A stretch of DNA of 64,000 nt from Bacillota bacterium (lineage in GTDB: Bacteria; Bacillota; Desulfotomaculia; Desulfotomaculales; Desulfotomaculaceae), in NCBI GenBank assembly GCA_040754595.1, contig JBFMCH010000065.1:6270-70269 (forward strand). Direction: 5' to 3'. Every line of letters starts with the position of its first letter. The stretch's first letter is position 1. Under the pieces are notes generated by a model. The model worked only from the letters and a program-made list of their open reading frames with translations. It searched no databases and was not told where the DNA came from. The position numbers and the translations under genes were made by a program. Positions 17,888 through 29,909 of the stretch are shown here, one piece after another.

Positions 17888-17972
17888 TGTGAGAAAATGG
17901 AGGTGAGATGATCGGGGTAACGAAGCAAGGACCCGGGTTTTCTCACTTCTAACCTCCCACTTCTCACCTCTC
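17888..17972. repeat. Heptamer-periodic imperfect inverted repeat (STRR-like)
   Basis: Right arm TCTCACT TCTAACC TCCCACT TCTCACC; left arm GTGAGA...GGTGAGA. Confidence 0.6.
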
Positions 17973-17992
17973 AAACAGGAGGCTAATCAGAA

Positions 17993-19318
17993 ATGTCAGA
18001 AACCAGGGTTATGGTAATCGGCGCCGGGTTGGCAGGGTCCGAGGCGGCCTGGCAGTTGGCCCGCCGGGGAGTCAAGGTCGATCTTTATGAAATGAGGCCA
18101 CGGAAATACCCGCCGGCCCACCACACTCCTTACTTTTCAGAACTGGTTTGCAGTAATTCCCTGAGAGCCGCTGCCATTGAAAACGCCGTAGGTTTGCTGA
18201 AAGAAGAAATGCGGCAGCTGGGCTCTTTAATTATTTCTGCCGCAGATGCCCACAGGGTACCGGCCGGGGGCGCACTTGCGGTGGACCGGGAAGGGTTTGC
18301 CAGATTCATTACCCACACCCTGGAGCGGCACCCGCTGATTGATGTGCACCGGGATGAGGTAACAAAATTGCCTGGGCAGGGAGTTGTCATCATTGCGTCA
18401 GGCCCCCTTACCTCAGAGGCGTTGTCACAGGAAATCGCCAGGCTGACAGGGGAACAGTACCTATACTTTTATGATGCGGCCGCTCCCATTGTAACCCTGG
18501 AGTCCCTGGATATAACAAAGGTTTTTCGGGCTTCCCGGTATGGGAAGGGCGAAGAGGCCTATTTAAATTGCCCCATGAACCGGGAAGAATATGAAACCTT
18601 TTACGAAGCGCTGCTTCATGCAGAAAGGGCACCTTTAAAGGAATTCGAGAAACAAGTTCACTTTGAAGGGTGCATGCCCGTTGAGGTTTTGGCTTCCCGG
18701 GGGAAAGACACACTGCTTTACGGACCGCTCAAGCCTGTGGGCCTGACAGATCCCCGCACGGGAAAAAGACCCCACGGGGTTGTCCAGCTAAGGCAGGACA
18801 ATGCGGAAGGAACCCTTTACAACCTGGTTGGTTTTCAAACAAACCTCAAATGGGGAGAGCAAAAGAGAGTTTTTAGTTTGATCCCGGGGTTGAAAAATGC
18901 AGAATTTGTCCGCTACGGAGTTATGCACCGGAATACCTATATCAACTCCCCGGCTTTATTAAAGCCGACACTGCAGATGAAAGAACATGAATCAATCTTT
19001 TTCGCCGGTCAGATCACCGGGGTGGAAGGCTATGTGGAATCCGCCGCGGCAGGGTTGATGGCGGGGCTTAACGCGGCCAGGCTGGCAACGGGCCGGAAAT
19101 TGCTAGAATTTCCCGTGGAGACTGCCCACGGAGCTCTCGTCCATTATATTACCACCGCCCCCGGTGGGAACTTCCAACCGATGAACGTTACCTTCGGGCT
19201 GTTTCCAGAGCTTCCCGTACGAATCAAAGGGAAAAGGGAACGGGGTCAAGCCCATGCGGTAAGGGCTTTGAACATGCTTAAAGAATGGTCAGAAGCGGAA
19301 AGAATCAATGATCTTTAA
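17993..19318 (+). CDS. trmFO: FADH2-dependent tRNA (uracil-54) methyltransferase TrmFO
   Basis: [46 protein letters not shown]. Confidence 0.96.
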   Translation: MSETRVMVIGAGLAGSEAAWQLARRGVKVDLYEMRPRKYPPAHHTPYFSELVCSNSLRAAAIENAVGLLKEEMRQLGSLIISAADAHRVPAGGALAVDREGFARFITHTLERHPLIDVHRDEVTKLPGQGVVIIASGPLTSEALSQEIARLTGEQYLYFYDAAAPIVTLESLDITKVFRASRYGKGEEAYLNCPMNREEYETFYEALLHAERAPLKEFEKQVHFEGCMPVEVLASRGKDTLLYGPLKPVGLTDPRTGKRPHGVVQLRQDNAEGTLYNLVGFQTNLKWGEQKRVFSLIPGLKNAEFVRYGVMHRNTYINSPALLKPTLQMKEHESIFFAGQITGVEGYVESAAAGLMAGLNAARLATGRKLLEFPVETAHGALVHYITTAPGGNFQPMNVTFGLFPELPVRIKGKRERGQAHAVRALNMLKEWSEAERINDL

Positions 19319-19434
19319 ATTTTCAAAATGTGATAACAATTTCTTCTTTAAATTGTCGAAAGGTAGTTGCAATTTAAAGTGGGCTTGTGATATGCTTTAT
19401 TAAGTGCCATATTTCGACACTCCGACGGGTTGTT

Positions 19435-20331
19435 ATGTATATTCTGATCGATCATTTTATCGGTTATTTAAAACTACAAAAGAATTTTTCCGACCGTACC
19501 GTAGAAGCCTACCAGAAAGATCTATTTGACGGCTTGGACTTTTTTTCTTCCGTTCTTTCCACCCCGGTGGAACAGATCGAGCCGTCTGTTATTGATGGCA
19601 GGCTGCTGCGAGGCTTTTTGGCGAATTTACAGCAAAGGAAATTGAGCAGGGCCACGGTGGCCAGAAAATTGGCCTCCTGGCGGTCCTTTTTCCGGTTTTT
19701 ATACAACGACAGGCTGATCAAAGCCAATCCCATGCTGAGGATGGCCAACCCGAAGCAGGAAAAAAGGCTGCCCAAATTCCTGCACCAGGAAGAGGCGAAA
19801 CAACTTGTGGAGGCGCCGGATGCCACTCCCCTGGGCCTCCGGGACCGGGCGCTGCTGGAGTTTCTTTATGCCACAGGAACCCGGGTATCCGAGTTAGTTT
19901 CCCTGGACCTGAATAACCTTGAACTGAACCGGGGTTACGTAAGGGTGATGGGCAAGGGGGCCAAGGAACGAATGGTCCCGATTCATGACCGGGCGGTGGC
20001 GGCCCTGGAACACTATTTACGAAATGTCAGACCCGGCCTGGTTAAACAGGATTGTCCCGCAGTATTTGTCAATTATCAGGGGACCCGACTCAGTGACCGG
20101 GGCATTCGAAAAATCATCGATAAATACTGCCGGCAGGTGGGGCTTAAAAATAACATCAGTCCCCATGCGATCCGTCATTCCTTTGCCACACACCTGCTGG
20201 ATAACGGCGCGGATTTGCGCAGTGTCCAGGAATTGTTGGGGCATGTTTCGTTATCTACCACTCAGATTTATACACACGTTACCAAGCAGAAACTGAAGAA
20301 GGTTTACAAGATGAACCACCCGAGGGCATAG
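19435..20331 (+). CDS. xerC: Tyrosine recombinase XerC (CodV)
   Basis: Catalytic R (GTRVSEL), K (GKGAKER), HAIRHSFATH, H/Y (LLGH..STTQIY); codVWXY context. Confidence 0.9.
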   Translation: MYILIDHFIGYLKLQKNFSDRTVEAYQKDLFDGLDFFSSVLSTPVEQIEPSVIDGRLLRGFLANLQQRKLSRATVARKLASWRSFFRFLYNDRLIKANPMLRMANPKQEKRLPKFLHQEEAKQLVEAPDATPLGLRDRALLEFLYATGTRVSELVSLDLNNLELNRGYVRVMGKGAKERMVPIHDRAVAALEHYLRNVRPGLVKQDCPAVFVNYQGTRLSDRGIRKIIDKYCRQVGLKNNISPHAIRHSFATHLLDNGADLRSVQELLGHVSLSTTQIYTHVTKQKLKKVYKMNHPRA

Positions 20332-20349
20332 GTTGGTTAGAGGGAAGGG

Positions 20350-20886
20350 ATGTCTATGTTTCATGCGACAACCATCGTTGCCGTGAAAAAAGGAACCAAA
20401 GTGGCTGTAGCCGGTGACGGGCAGGTAACCTTTGGTCAGAATACCATTATGAAACATACCGCCCGCAAGGTCAGACGCCTGCACCAGGGTCAAGTGGTGG
20501 CCGGGTTTGCAGGTTCGGTGGCGGATGCATTTACCCTGTTTGAAAAATTTGAAGGCAAATTGGAAGAATATCATGGCAATTTAATGAGGGCTGCGGTTGA
20601 ATTGGCCAAAGACTGGCGAACTGACAAGTACCTGCGGACCCTGGAAGCCATGTTGATTGTAGCAAATAAGGAACACCTCTTAGTCTTGTCCGGCAACGGC
20701 GAAGTTATTGAACCAGACGAAGGAGTTACAGCCATCGGTTCCGGGGGACCCTATGCACTGGCGGCTGCCAGGGCCTTAGTCAAACACACCGACCTGTCGC
20801 CCAAAGAAGTGGCACAGGAGGCCCTTAGTCTGGCAGCAGATATTTGTGTTTATACTAATAACAATATCTCGGTGGAGGAAATTTAA
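20350..20886 (+). CDS. hslV: ATP-dependent protease subunit HslV
   Basis: [17 protein letters not shown]. Confidence 0.96.
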   Translation: MSMFHATTIVAVKKGTKVAVAGDGQVTFGQNTIMKHTARKVRRLHQGQVVAGFAGSVADAFTLFEKFEGKLEEYHGNLMRAAVELAKDWRTDKYLRTLEAMLIVANKEHLLVLSGNGEVIEPDEGVTAIGSGGPYALAAARALVKHTDLSPKEVAQEALSLAADICVYTNNNISVEEI

Positions 20887-20912
20887 ATTCAGGATTTAAA
20901 GGAGTGGAGCCT

Positions 20913-22313
20913 ATGGAGGCCCTAACACCCCGGGAAATCGTAGCTGAGCTTGATAAATATATTGTCGGACAGAACAAAGCGAAAAAAGCAGTGGCTGTGG
21001 CTTTGCGAAACAGGTACCGCCGCGGTAAACTGCCGGAAGATTTAATCGACGAAGTTGTTCCCAAGAATATATTGATGATTGGTCCCACCGGCGTTGGGAA
21101 GACTGAAATTGCACGCCGGCTGGCCAAACTGGTCAAGGCGCCCTTTGTCAAGGTAGAGGCCACCAAGTTTACCGAAGTGGGTTATGTGGGACGCGATGTT
21201 GAGTCCATGGTGAGGGATCTGGTAGAAACCTCCATCCGCATGATGAAGCAGGAGAAGATCGAGGAGGTTGAGGAAAGGGCCAAGCGTATGGCCGACGAGC
21301 GCATTGTGGAACTCTTGTCCCCTCTGCCCAGCCGGCCGGTGCAGGCAAAGAACCCCTTTGAAATGCTGTTTGGCGGCGTACAAGACAACCAGGAAGACAA
21401 CAAGGTCTGGGAGCAGCAAAACAGCCGAATTAAATTTGAAAGGGAAACCTTAAGGGAAAAGCTGGCCCGCGGTGAGTTGGAAAATGAGTATTTGGAAATT
21501 GAGGTGGAAGATCATCATCCACCCATGCTTGAGGTATTCAGCAACAGCGGCGTGGAAGAGATGGGCGTCAATATGCAGGACGTTTTGGGAAGCATCTTCC
21601 CGAGAAAAAAACGCAAGCGCAAAGTCACTGTCAGCGAGGCCCGTAAAATCCTGACCCAGCAGGAAGCCCAGAAGCTTATCGACATGGATGAATTGACCAC
21701 CCAGGCAGTAAAACGGGCAGAGGACCACGGGATCATCTTCCTGGACGAAATAGACAAAATCGCCACCCGGGAGGGGAACCACGCGGGAGCGGATGTCTCC
21801 CGGGGCGGGGTACAAAGAGATATCCTGCCCATCGTAGAAGGCTCCACAGTGGTAACCAAATACGGCCCGGTCAAGACAGACCATATACTATTTATCGCAG
21901 CCGGTGCTTTTCATATCTCAAAACCTTCTGATTTAATTCCCGAACTGCAGGGACGTTTTCCCATCCGTGTGGAACTGGAGAGCCTGAGCAGAAGTGATTT
22001 TGAGCAAATCTTAATAGAGCCACAAAACTCTCTTATAAAACAGTATACAGAACTCTTGCTTACCGAAGGAGTTAGGATAGAATTTTCAAAAAATTCACTT
22101 GTACAAATCGCTGATATTGCTTATACTGTAAATGAGCAAAATGAGAATATTGGTGCAAGGCGTCTACACACCATCCTGGAAAAACTACTGGAGGACATTT
22201 CTTTCGAGGCTCCCGAACTCAAAGGACAGTCACTCACTATCGACAGTGAATATGTTCAAGAGAAGCTAAAGGACGTCGTAGCAAACCGTGACTTAAGTCG
22301 TTACATTCTTTAA
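20913..22313 (+). CDS. hslU: ATP-dependent protease ATPase subunit HslU
   Basis: [43 protein letters not shown]. Confidence 0.96.
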   Translation: MEALTPREIVAELDKYIVGQNKAKKAVAVALRNRYRRGKLPEDLIDEVVPKNILMIGPTGVGKTEIARRLAKLVKAPFVKVEATKFTEVGYVGRDVESMVRDLVETSIRMMKQEKIEEVEERAKRMADERIVELLSPLPSRPVQAKNPFEMLFGGVQDNQEDNKVWEQQNSRIKFERETLREKLARGELENEYLEIEVEDHHPPMLEVFSNSGVEEMGVNMQDVLGSIFPRKKRKRKVTVSEARKILTQQEAQKLIDMDELTTQAVKRAEDHGIIFLDEIDKIATREGNHAGADVSRGGVQRDILPIVEGSTVVTKYGPVKTDHILFIAAGAFHISKPSDLIPELQGRFPIRVELESLSRSDFEQILIEPQNSLIKQYTELLLTEGVRIEFSKNSLVQIADIAYTVNEQNENIGARRLHTILEKLLEDISFEAPELKGQSLTIDSEYVQEKLKDVVANRDLSRYIL

Positions 22314-22326
22314 TAAGTAGGGGAGA

Positions 22327-23121
22327 GTGACAGAATTGAGAAGCTTATTGGAAAGAACTCGCACAATTAATAAGCTGCTGCAGAAATCCGCAGGATACCC
22401 GGTTGATTTCGGTGAAATCGCAGAAGTGCTGTCTGAAAATATTGATTGCAACTGCTACATTATCGATCGCCGTGGACGTGCCCTTGGTTACAAGTTTATG
22501 CCCCAATTTACCTGTGACATCATGAGAGACATTGTTGAAGGTTCCAATCGTTTCCCGGAAGAGTATAATGAAAGCTTATTGAGCATCAACGAGACCCACG
22601 CCAATTTCTGCCAAACCTATGATGCCTGCGTTTTCTTCGATGAAGAAAAATGCAAGGGTCAAAACAAAGTAACCACGGTGGTTCCCATTGTGGGCGCCGG
22701 TTCCCGCTTGGGTACCCTGGTTTTGGCCAAGTTTAACCAGAACTTCACCGACGAAGATCTAATCTTAGCCGAATACGGCGCCACCGTTGTGGCCATGGAA
22801 GTTCTGCGGGCCCGGGCAGGCCGTATGGAAGAAGAAGCCCGCAAAAAGGCAGCCGTGCAGATTGCCCTGGGGACCTTGTCCTACTCCGAACTGGATGCTG
22901 TGCAGCATATCTTTGAACAACTTGAAGGGGATGAAGGGGTCCTGGTGGCCAGCAAAATTGCCGACCGTGTGGGCATCACCCGCTCCGTCATCGTAAACGC
23001 CTTGCGCAAATTCGAGAGCGCCGGTGTCATCGAATCCAAATCCCTCGGCATGAAGGGCACCTACATCCGCGTACTGAACGACCGCTTGCTGGAAGAACTG
23101 CAAAGACTCAAGCATAATTAA
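22327..23121 (+). CDS. codY: Global regulator CodY
   Basis: GAF domain plus [38 protein letters not shown]. Confidence 0.97.
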   Translation: MTELRSLLERTRTINKLLQKSAGYPVDFGEIAEVLSENIDCNCYIIDRRGRALGYKFMPQFTCDIMRDIVEGSNRFPEEYNESLLSINETHANFCQTYDACVFFDEEKCKGQNKVTTVVPIVGAGSRLGTLVLAKFNQNFTDEDLILAEYGATVVAMEVLRARAGRMEEEARKKAAVQIALGTLSYSELDAVQHIFEQLEGDEGVLVASKIADRVGITRSVIVNALRKFESAGVIESKSLGMKGTYIRVLNDRLLEELQRLKHN

Positions 23122-23229
23122 TATGAAAGAGAAACCACAGTATAGGATGCTGTGGTTTATTCGCATTTAGCTTGGTTATAGTAAAACTTATGAGAGGTTG
23201 TAAGGAATAATTTAAAAAGTATTCAAACG

Positions 23230-23650
23230 GGGACGGTTCTTGAAGGGGGCAATCGGAAGTTTTGCATGCAAAAAGGCTCAACCGTCAGATATTAGCTGAT
23301 TGTTGAGCCTTTAATAATACTTACGCAAAAAACTAAGCGCAAAATTTTTGATTGCCCCAGAAGAACGAAGTCGCGACTTTCCCGGGCTATGGGGTTTATT
23401 CGTTTCTGTACTCTCTGGAAAATATTTTTCTAAAAAGAAGGACTTTTTGGATTTATGTCGAAAAAAACGGGGTTTCAATCAGCACTCTTTTCCTTGCTAT
23501 ATGTTCATTTTAACACACTTGTAAGGGAATTTCACTAGACTTTATATTATGAAGGCCATCGCGGAGCGATTTCGTTCTTCTTGACTTGAATTCCAACCTG
23601 TCAAATTCAAGTCAAGAACCGTCCCAACTTGAATTAAGGACCGTTCCCTT
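23230..23650. repeat. Nested inverted-repeat element (REP/MITE-like)
   Basis: GGGACGGTTCTTGA(23230-23243)/TCAAGAACCGTCCC(23612-23625); 113-bp hairpin 23246-23358; perfect 15-bp IR 23578-23592/23604-23618. Confidence 0.7.
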
Positions 23651-23740
23651 GTAGCACTTGTCGCAAATCTAAAAGCCAAAGGCCGATGGCTGATGGCCGA
23701 CGGCCTGACCCGAAAGGAATGCAGAATAAGCACTTGGGAC

Positions 23741-23769
23741 TTGCACCATAGGGCTTATTATGCTAAAAT
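23741..23769 (+). promoter_or_regulatory. sigmaA promoter of rpsB-tsf
   Basis: TTGCAC-N17-TAAAAT with TG extended -10. Confidence 0.7.
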
Positions 23770-23782
23770 ATGCCTTGGTGTT

Positions 23783-23870
23783 AATTACACACGTTGTCGG
23801 ATTCGGGCAAGGTTGCCTTATCTTTAAGGTCTTGCCGGAGATGAGGGTAACGGAGGACTAAAAACAAGGC
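23783..23870 (+). ncRNA. rpsB leader (t44/S2-leader-like cis-regulatory RNA)
   Basis: TTACACACG...GATGA...CGGAGGA elements directly upstream of rpsB. Confidence 0.55.
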
Positions 23871-23891
23871 AGGGAGGAGGTGTAACTAGCT

Positions 23892-24590
23892 ATGGCAGTT
23901 ATCTCCATGAAACAGTTACTGGAAGCAGGCGTTCATTTTGGACACCAGACCCGTCGCTGGAACCCCAAAATGGCTCCCTATATCTTCACCGATCGTAACG
24001 GTATCTACATTATTGATCTGCAAAAAACCGTTAAGAAAGTGGAAGAGTGTTATGACTTTGTGAAGCAACTGGCTGCGGATGGCGGTACCATACTGTTTGT
24101 TGGTACCAAGAAGCAGGCCCAGGAAGCCGTTAAGGAAGAAGCCGAACGCTGCGGGATGTTCTATGTCAATCAGCGCTGGCTGGGTGGTATGCTGACCAAC
24201 TTCCAAACCATCCGTCATCGTATCGATCGACTGCATGAACTGGAGCGTATGGAAGAAGACGGTACCTTTGAGGTTCTGCCCAAAAAGGAAGTTGCTCAGC
24301 TTCTGCATGAAAAAGAGAAACTGGATAAGTTCCTTGGTGGAATTAAGAATATGCGCCGTCTGCCGGGGGCTCTGTTTGTGATCGATCCCCGGAAGGAACG
24401 CATCGCGGTGGCAGAAGCTCGTAAGCTCGGTATTCCAATTGTAGCCATTGTTGATACAAACTGCGATCCTGACGAGGTTGATTACGTAATTCCCGGTAAC
24501 GATGACGCTATTCGGGCAGTAAAACTGCTTACCGCCAAGATGGCTGACGCTGTTTTGGAAGGTAAACAGGGCGAACAAGTCGCAGAGTAG
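23892..24590 (+). CDS. rpsB: 30S ribosomal protein S2
   Basis: [19 protein letters not shown]. Confidence 0.98.
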   Translation: MAVISMKQLLEAGVHFGHQTRRWNPKMAPYIFTDRNGIYIIDLQKTVKKVEECYDFVKQLAADGGTILFVGTKKQAQEAVKEEAERCGMFYVNQRWLGGMLTNFQTIRHRIDRLHELERMEEDGTFEVLPKKEVAQLLHEKEKLDKFLGGIKNMRRLPGALFVIDPRKERIAVAEARKLGIPIVAIVDTNCDPDEVDYVIPGNDDAIRAVKLLTAKMADAVLEGKQGEQVAE

Positions 24591-24752
24591 AATGTAGGTA
24601 GAGGGCGTCTTGCAACACGGGAGGCCCCTACCTTTTTTTATGTTTGTTAGGGGAAGATTATGGTTATAATACCACAAGATTAACAGGGTACCTTATTCTG
24701 TCCATTCTTAAAATTTACCTATTCTGATCGTTAAATAAAGGAGGATTTGATC

Positions 24753-25406
24753 ATGGCAGAGATCTCTGCAAGCATGGTTAAAGAGTTAAGAGAACGTACC
24801 GGAGCCGGTATGATGGACTGCAAAAAAGCCCTGGCCGAAGTGGCCGGGGATATGGAAAAAGCCATTGAGTTTCTGCGTGAAAAGGGTCTGGCTGCAGCAG
24901 CCAAGAAGGCCGGCAGAATTGCCGCTGAAGGCATTGTAGAAGCTTACATACATGGTGGCGGCCGTATCGGTGTTCTGGTGGAAATCAACTGTGAGACCGA
25001 CTTCGTAGCCAAAAACGAAGATTTCCGTGCCCTGGCCAGGGACATTGCTATGCAGATTGCCGCTGCAAAACCAGAGTATGTACGCCGTGAGGAAGTACCT
25101 GCCGAAGCCATTGAAAAAGAGCGTGAGATTTTACGGGCCCAGGCATTAAATGAAGGCAAACCCGAAAAAATCGTTGATAAAATGGTGGAAGGCCGCATTG
25201 AAAAGTACTTTAAAGAAGTTTGCCTGCTTGAACAGCCCTTTATTAAGGACAGCGATAAGAGCGTCCAGCAGGTTGTTAACGAAATCATTGCCAAGATCGG
25301 CGAAAAGATTGACGTTCGTCGTTTTACCCGTTATGAAATGGGTGAAGGGTTACAAAAACGTCAAGAAGATTTTGCCGCTGAAGTGGCCGCCCAAATTAAG
25401 TGCTAA
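24753..25406 (+). CDS. tsf: Elongation factor Ts (short form)
   Basis: [27 protein letters not shown]. Confidence 0.97.
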   Translation: MAEISASMVKELRERTGAGMMDCKKALAEVAGDMEKAIEFLREKGLAAAAKKAGRIAAEGIVEAYIHGGGRIGVLVEINCETDFVAKNEDFRALARDIAMQIAAAKPEYVRREEVPAEAIEKEREILRAQALNEGKPEKIVDKMVEGRIEKYFKEVCLLEQPFIKDSDKSVQQVVNEIIAKIGEKIDVRRFTRYEMGEGLQKRQEDFAAEVAAQIKC

Positions 25407-25429
25407 GCACTTTTTAAGCAGAGATCTAA

Positions 25430-26762
<1,333 letters not shown>

Positions 26763-26978
26763 ATGATACCAGGTGTGCTGGGTTACAGGCTAAACGATGC
26801 AGTTTCCCTGCTTGAGAGTTCAGGCTATCAGGTAACGGTTGTCACCACCGGGCCGCCCAAGGGCAACCCCGGCGGACCCGAGCGAGTGGTAAAATTGGAA
26901 GCAAAGGACTCTGATAATTTGGTGCTGACAGTGGTATGTGAGGAGAAGGGGAAAGGAGGTGTACACAATGGCCTATAA
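26763..26978 (+). CDS. Small PASTA-domain-like protein
   Basis: IPGVLGYRLNDAVSLLESSGY matches the PASTA N-terminal pattern. Confidence 0.6.
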   Translation: MIPGVLGYRLNDAVSLLESSGYQVTVVTTGPPKGNPGGPERVVKLEAKDSDNLVLTVVCEEKGKGGVHNGL

Positions 26979-27132
26979 AATCACGGACGAGTGTATGGCC
27001 TGCGGCACCTGCTTGGAAACCTGTCCCAACAATGCCATTGAGGAGGGTGACATTTTTAAGATAACCATGGACTGCGAAAATTGCGGCGCATGCGTGGATA
27101 TATGCCCTACCGGAGCCATTATTGAAGACTAA
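26968..27132 (+). CDS. 2[4Fe-4S] ferredoxin (54 aa)
   Basis: CMACGTCLETCP and CENCGACVDICP; AGGAGGT RBS before ATG 26968. Confidence 0.92.
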   Translation: MAYKITDECMACGTCLETCPNNAIEEGDIFKITMDCENCGACVDICPTGAIIED

Positions 27133-27187
27133 TGCAGTAAACCCCCTTCAGATCCGGAAGGGGGTTGTTATATTGGAGGCTTATGCG

Positions 27188-27976
27188 ATGTTAAAAAAGA
27201 TAACCGGTCTGTTAAACAGACAAAAGGTTACGGAGGACGAGAACACGCTTCTGCAATCCATAGACCGGAACAGGCTTCCTAAACATATCGCCATTATTAT
27301 GGACGGTAACGGCCGCTGGGCCCTGCGAAGGGGTATGCCCAGGTCCCTGGGCCACCGGGCCGGGGTAGAGTCCCTGCGCAGCATTGTTGAATTATGCTCG
27401 GAACTAGGCGTTAAAGTTTTAACCTGTTATGCCTTCTCAACCGAGAACTGGAAACGCCCAAAGGAAGAAGTATCTTTTTTAATGGATTTGCTGATCGAAT
27501 ACCTGGATAAAGAAATACAGGAACTACACCGCAATCAGGTAAAAATAAATGCCATCGGGCACCTGGAGGAACTGCCTCAACCAGCCCGGGAAGCACTTGC
27601 CAGGGCCTTCCGTAAGACCGAAAATAATTCAGGATTGCTTCTGAACCTTGCGCTTAATTACGGAGGCCGCACGGAACTGACCGATGCCGTTGTTAAGATT
27701 GCCCGTTTGGTAAAAAACAACCAGATCGAAGTCAGCGACATTAACGAAAACCTGATCAAAGAACATCTTTACACGGCGGGGATGCCGGATCCCGACCTGT
27801 TGATCAGACCCTCCGGTGATTTTAGAATCAGCAATTTTCTTCTATGGCAGCTTGCCTATACGGAATTTTGGCTGTCGGATGTGATGTGGCCGGATTTTAA
27901 AAGGATTCACCTGTTGCAAGCCATTCTGGATTTTCAACGTCGGGAACGACGTTTTGGAGGATTAATCAAAAAGTAG
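27188..27976 (+). CDS. uppS: Undecaprenyl diphosphate synthase
   Basis: HIAIIMDGNGRW, YAFSTENWKRP, RPSGDFRISNFLLWQ; start ATG 27188 after GGAGG. Confidence 0.96.
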   Translation: MLKKITGLLNRQKVTEDENTLLQSIDRNRLPKHIAIIMDGNGRWALRRGMPRSLGHRAGVESLRSIVELCSELGVKVLTCYAFSTENWKRPKEEVSFLMDLLIEYLDKEIQELHRNQVKINAIGHLEELPQPAREALARAFRKTENNSGLLLNLALNYGGRTELTDAVVKIARLVKNNQIEVSDINENLIKEHLYTAGMPDPDLLIRPSGDFRISNFLLWQLAYTEFWLSDVMWPDFKRIHLLQAILDFQRRERRFGGLIKK

Positions 27977-27977
27977 G

Positions 27978-28775
27978 TTGGTGGACGAATTGCTGCACTT
28001 ACGAGTGCTGAGCGCGATCGTAGGAATACCGGTGATCATTGTTGCCGCATGGTATGGCAGTTGGGTACTCTGGTTGTTAACCTTTATGTTCTTCTTCTTT
28101 GCCGCACGGGAAATCACTGTCATTCTTAAAGGGTTGGGCCTGAAACCCGCTAGATGGATCATCCAAATCGGAGGATTAATTACCTTTGCGGGCGCATACC
28201 TATATAATGATGAAACCTTGGGCCTTGCCTTTGTCTCCCTGGTCATTGCCAATCTTTTAATGATGGCCTTGCTATATCCCCGTACCATGCCTGTAGACAT
28301 TTTTGGCAATTTGTTTGCCATCTTTTATTTAAGCAACTTCATTTTCTTTTACCTGACCCGGGGGTTGGAAAACGGTTTCGTCTGGATACTCCTGTTACTA
28401 AGTGCTACTTGGGCCAGTGACACCTTTGCTTATTTTGTGGGGCGGTCCATTGGCAGGCACAAGCTGGCGCCGGTTCTCAGCCCGAAGAAAACTGTCGAAG
28501 GGGCTGTGGGAGGACTCTTTGGTTCTGCACTGGTCTCCTTCCTTTTCGTACAGTGGGTTCCTTCCCTGCCTTTGCTGCCGGTTTTACTTTTAGGAGTCCT
28601 GATCGGAATTGCTTCTTTACTGGGAGACCTGGTTGAATCGGCCTTAAAAAGGCAGGCCGACATCAAAGATTCCGGACATATGATCCCCGGCCACGGGGGT
28701 GTGCTGGACCGTTTCGACAGCCTGTTGTTTACGGCGCCTTTGGTATACTACTCTGTTAAACTGTTTATAATTTGA
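27978..28775 (+). CDS. cdsA: Phosphatidate cytidylyltransferase
   Basis: SDTFAYFVG, SPKKTVEG, GDLVESALKR, PGHGGVLDRFDS. Confidence 0.96.
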   Translation: MVDELLHLRVLSAIVGIPVIIVAAWYGSWVLWLLTFMFFFFAAREITVILKGLGLKPARWIIQIGGLITFAGAYLYNDETLGLAFVSLVIANLLMMALLYPRTMPVDIFGNLFAIFYLSNFIFFYLTRGLENGFVWILLLLSATWASDTFAYFVGRSIGRHKLAPVLSPKKTVEGAVGGLFGSALVSFLFVQWVPSLPLLPVLLLGVLIGIASLLGDLVESALKRQADIKDSGHMIPGHGGVLDRFDSLLFTAPLVYYSVKLFII

Positions 28776-28800
28776 GTATAATTCATAGAGGTGATAAAGT

Positions 28801-29889
28801 TTGCCATCCTGGCTTAAGACAGCCCTGAATTATGTATTGGCCGGGCTACTTCTTTTAGTGGCTTTCTTTCTCATTGATAAAATTTCGGAGTACTTTATCA
28901 GAGGTTTTTCCTTTGTACTGCCGCTGATTATTCCTTTTATCATCGCTGTTTTCATCAGTTTTTTACTGGAACCGATGGTATGTGTGCTTCAGAATAAGGC
29001 CCGCCTGTCCAGGGGATCGGCGGTGGCGTTATCCATGCTGACGTTGTTTTCTTTTTTGGGGACCATTATTACCCTGTTGTTGTTGCGGTTAATTACCGAA
29101 TTAATTCATTTGTCCAAAACGGTGCCCTACATTATTTTCGATATCCAAAGCTGGGTTGAAATATCTTTGCCCAAATTTCAGCGTCTTTACGGCGAGTTAC
29201 CCCCGGGTATCACTGATTACATCCAGCAATCTTTCAGATCTGTTGCGCAAACCCTGCAAAATTTCCTTAGTATTACATTAGACTCCTTGTTAAATATATT
29301 TTCGGTTATTCCAGGTATCATAACCCTAATTGTTGTCAGTTTTCTAGCGACCTATTTTATCAGTAAAGACAGGAGAAGTTTAGCCAGGCAGTGGGTCCGC
29401 CTGATGCCGGCTCCCTATGGCGAACAAAGCCTGCATGTTATAAAAGAAGTGTTTGGGGCCTTTATTTCATATATTAAAGCCCAGGGAATTTTGGTAAGTA
29501 TCAGTACGATGATCAGCATTATCGGTTTATACGTGATTGGGGCGGACTATGCCCTGACCATGGGGCTGCTCATCGGTTTTTTTGATATCATTCCCGTCCT
29601 GGGGCCCGGCACGATCATTTTGCCCTGGGTGGGCTGGTCCTTTGTTTCCGGGAACGCCGCCTTTGGCATAAAACTCTTTGTTTTGTATCTGATAGTTTTA
29701 GTATCCAGGCAATTATTGGAAACCAAGGTGGTAGCAACCAACCTGGGACTTCACCCTCTGGCCACGCTGGTTGCTTTGTTCGTTGGCTTCAAAGTACTGG
29801 GCTTTGTGGGGATGATTGCCGGACCGATCTTGTTAATTGCGGTTCAAGCCGTTATAAAAGCAGGAATTCCAACTCCAAGGGTGAAATAA
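28801..29889 (+). CDS. ytvI: Sporulation integral membrane protein YtvI (AI-2E family)
   Basis: AI-2E topology; RQLLETKVVATNLGLHPL; cdsA-dxr position. Confidence 0.8.
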   Translation: MPSWLKTALNYVLAGLLLLVAFFLIDKISEYFIRGFSFVLPLIIPFIIAVFISFLLEPMVCVLQNKARLSRGSAVALSMLTLFSFLGTIITLLLLRLITELIHLSKTVPYIIFDIQSWVEISLPKFQRLYGELPPGITDYIQQSFRSVAQTLQNFLSITLDSLLNIFSVIPGIITLIVVSFLATYFISKDRRSLARQWVRLMPAPYGEQSLHVIKEVFGAFISYIKAQGILVSISTMISIIGLYVIGADYALTMGLLIGFFDIIPVLGPGTIILPWVGWSFVSGNAAFGIKLFVLYLIVLVSRQLLETKVVATNLGLHPLATLVALFVGFKVLGFVGMIAGPILLIAVQAVIKAGIPTPRVK

Positions 29890-29909
29890 AATAACTGAGG
29901 TGCCAAAGC

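Noticed and set aside
19318-19332. CodY box upstream of xerC
   Set aside because: AATTTTCAAAATGTG has four mismatches to AATTTTCWGAAAATT, too weak to call.
19435-20331. Prophage or ICE integrase
   Set aside because: It lies in the conserved trmFO-xerC-hslVU-codY operon with no att sites or phage genes.
23542-23733. 63-aa minus-strand ORF in the codY-rpsB gap
   Set aside because: It spans the palindromic and heptamer repeats and has no coding-like features.
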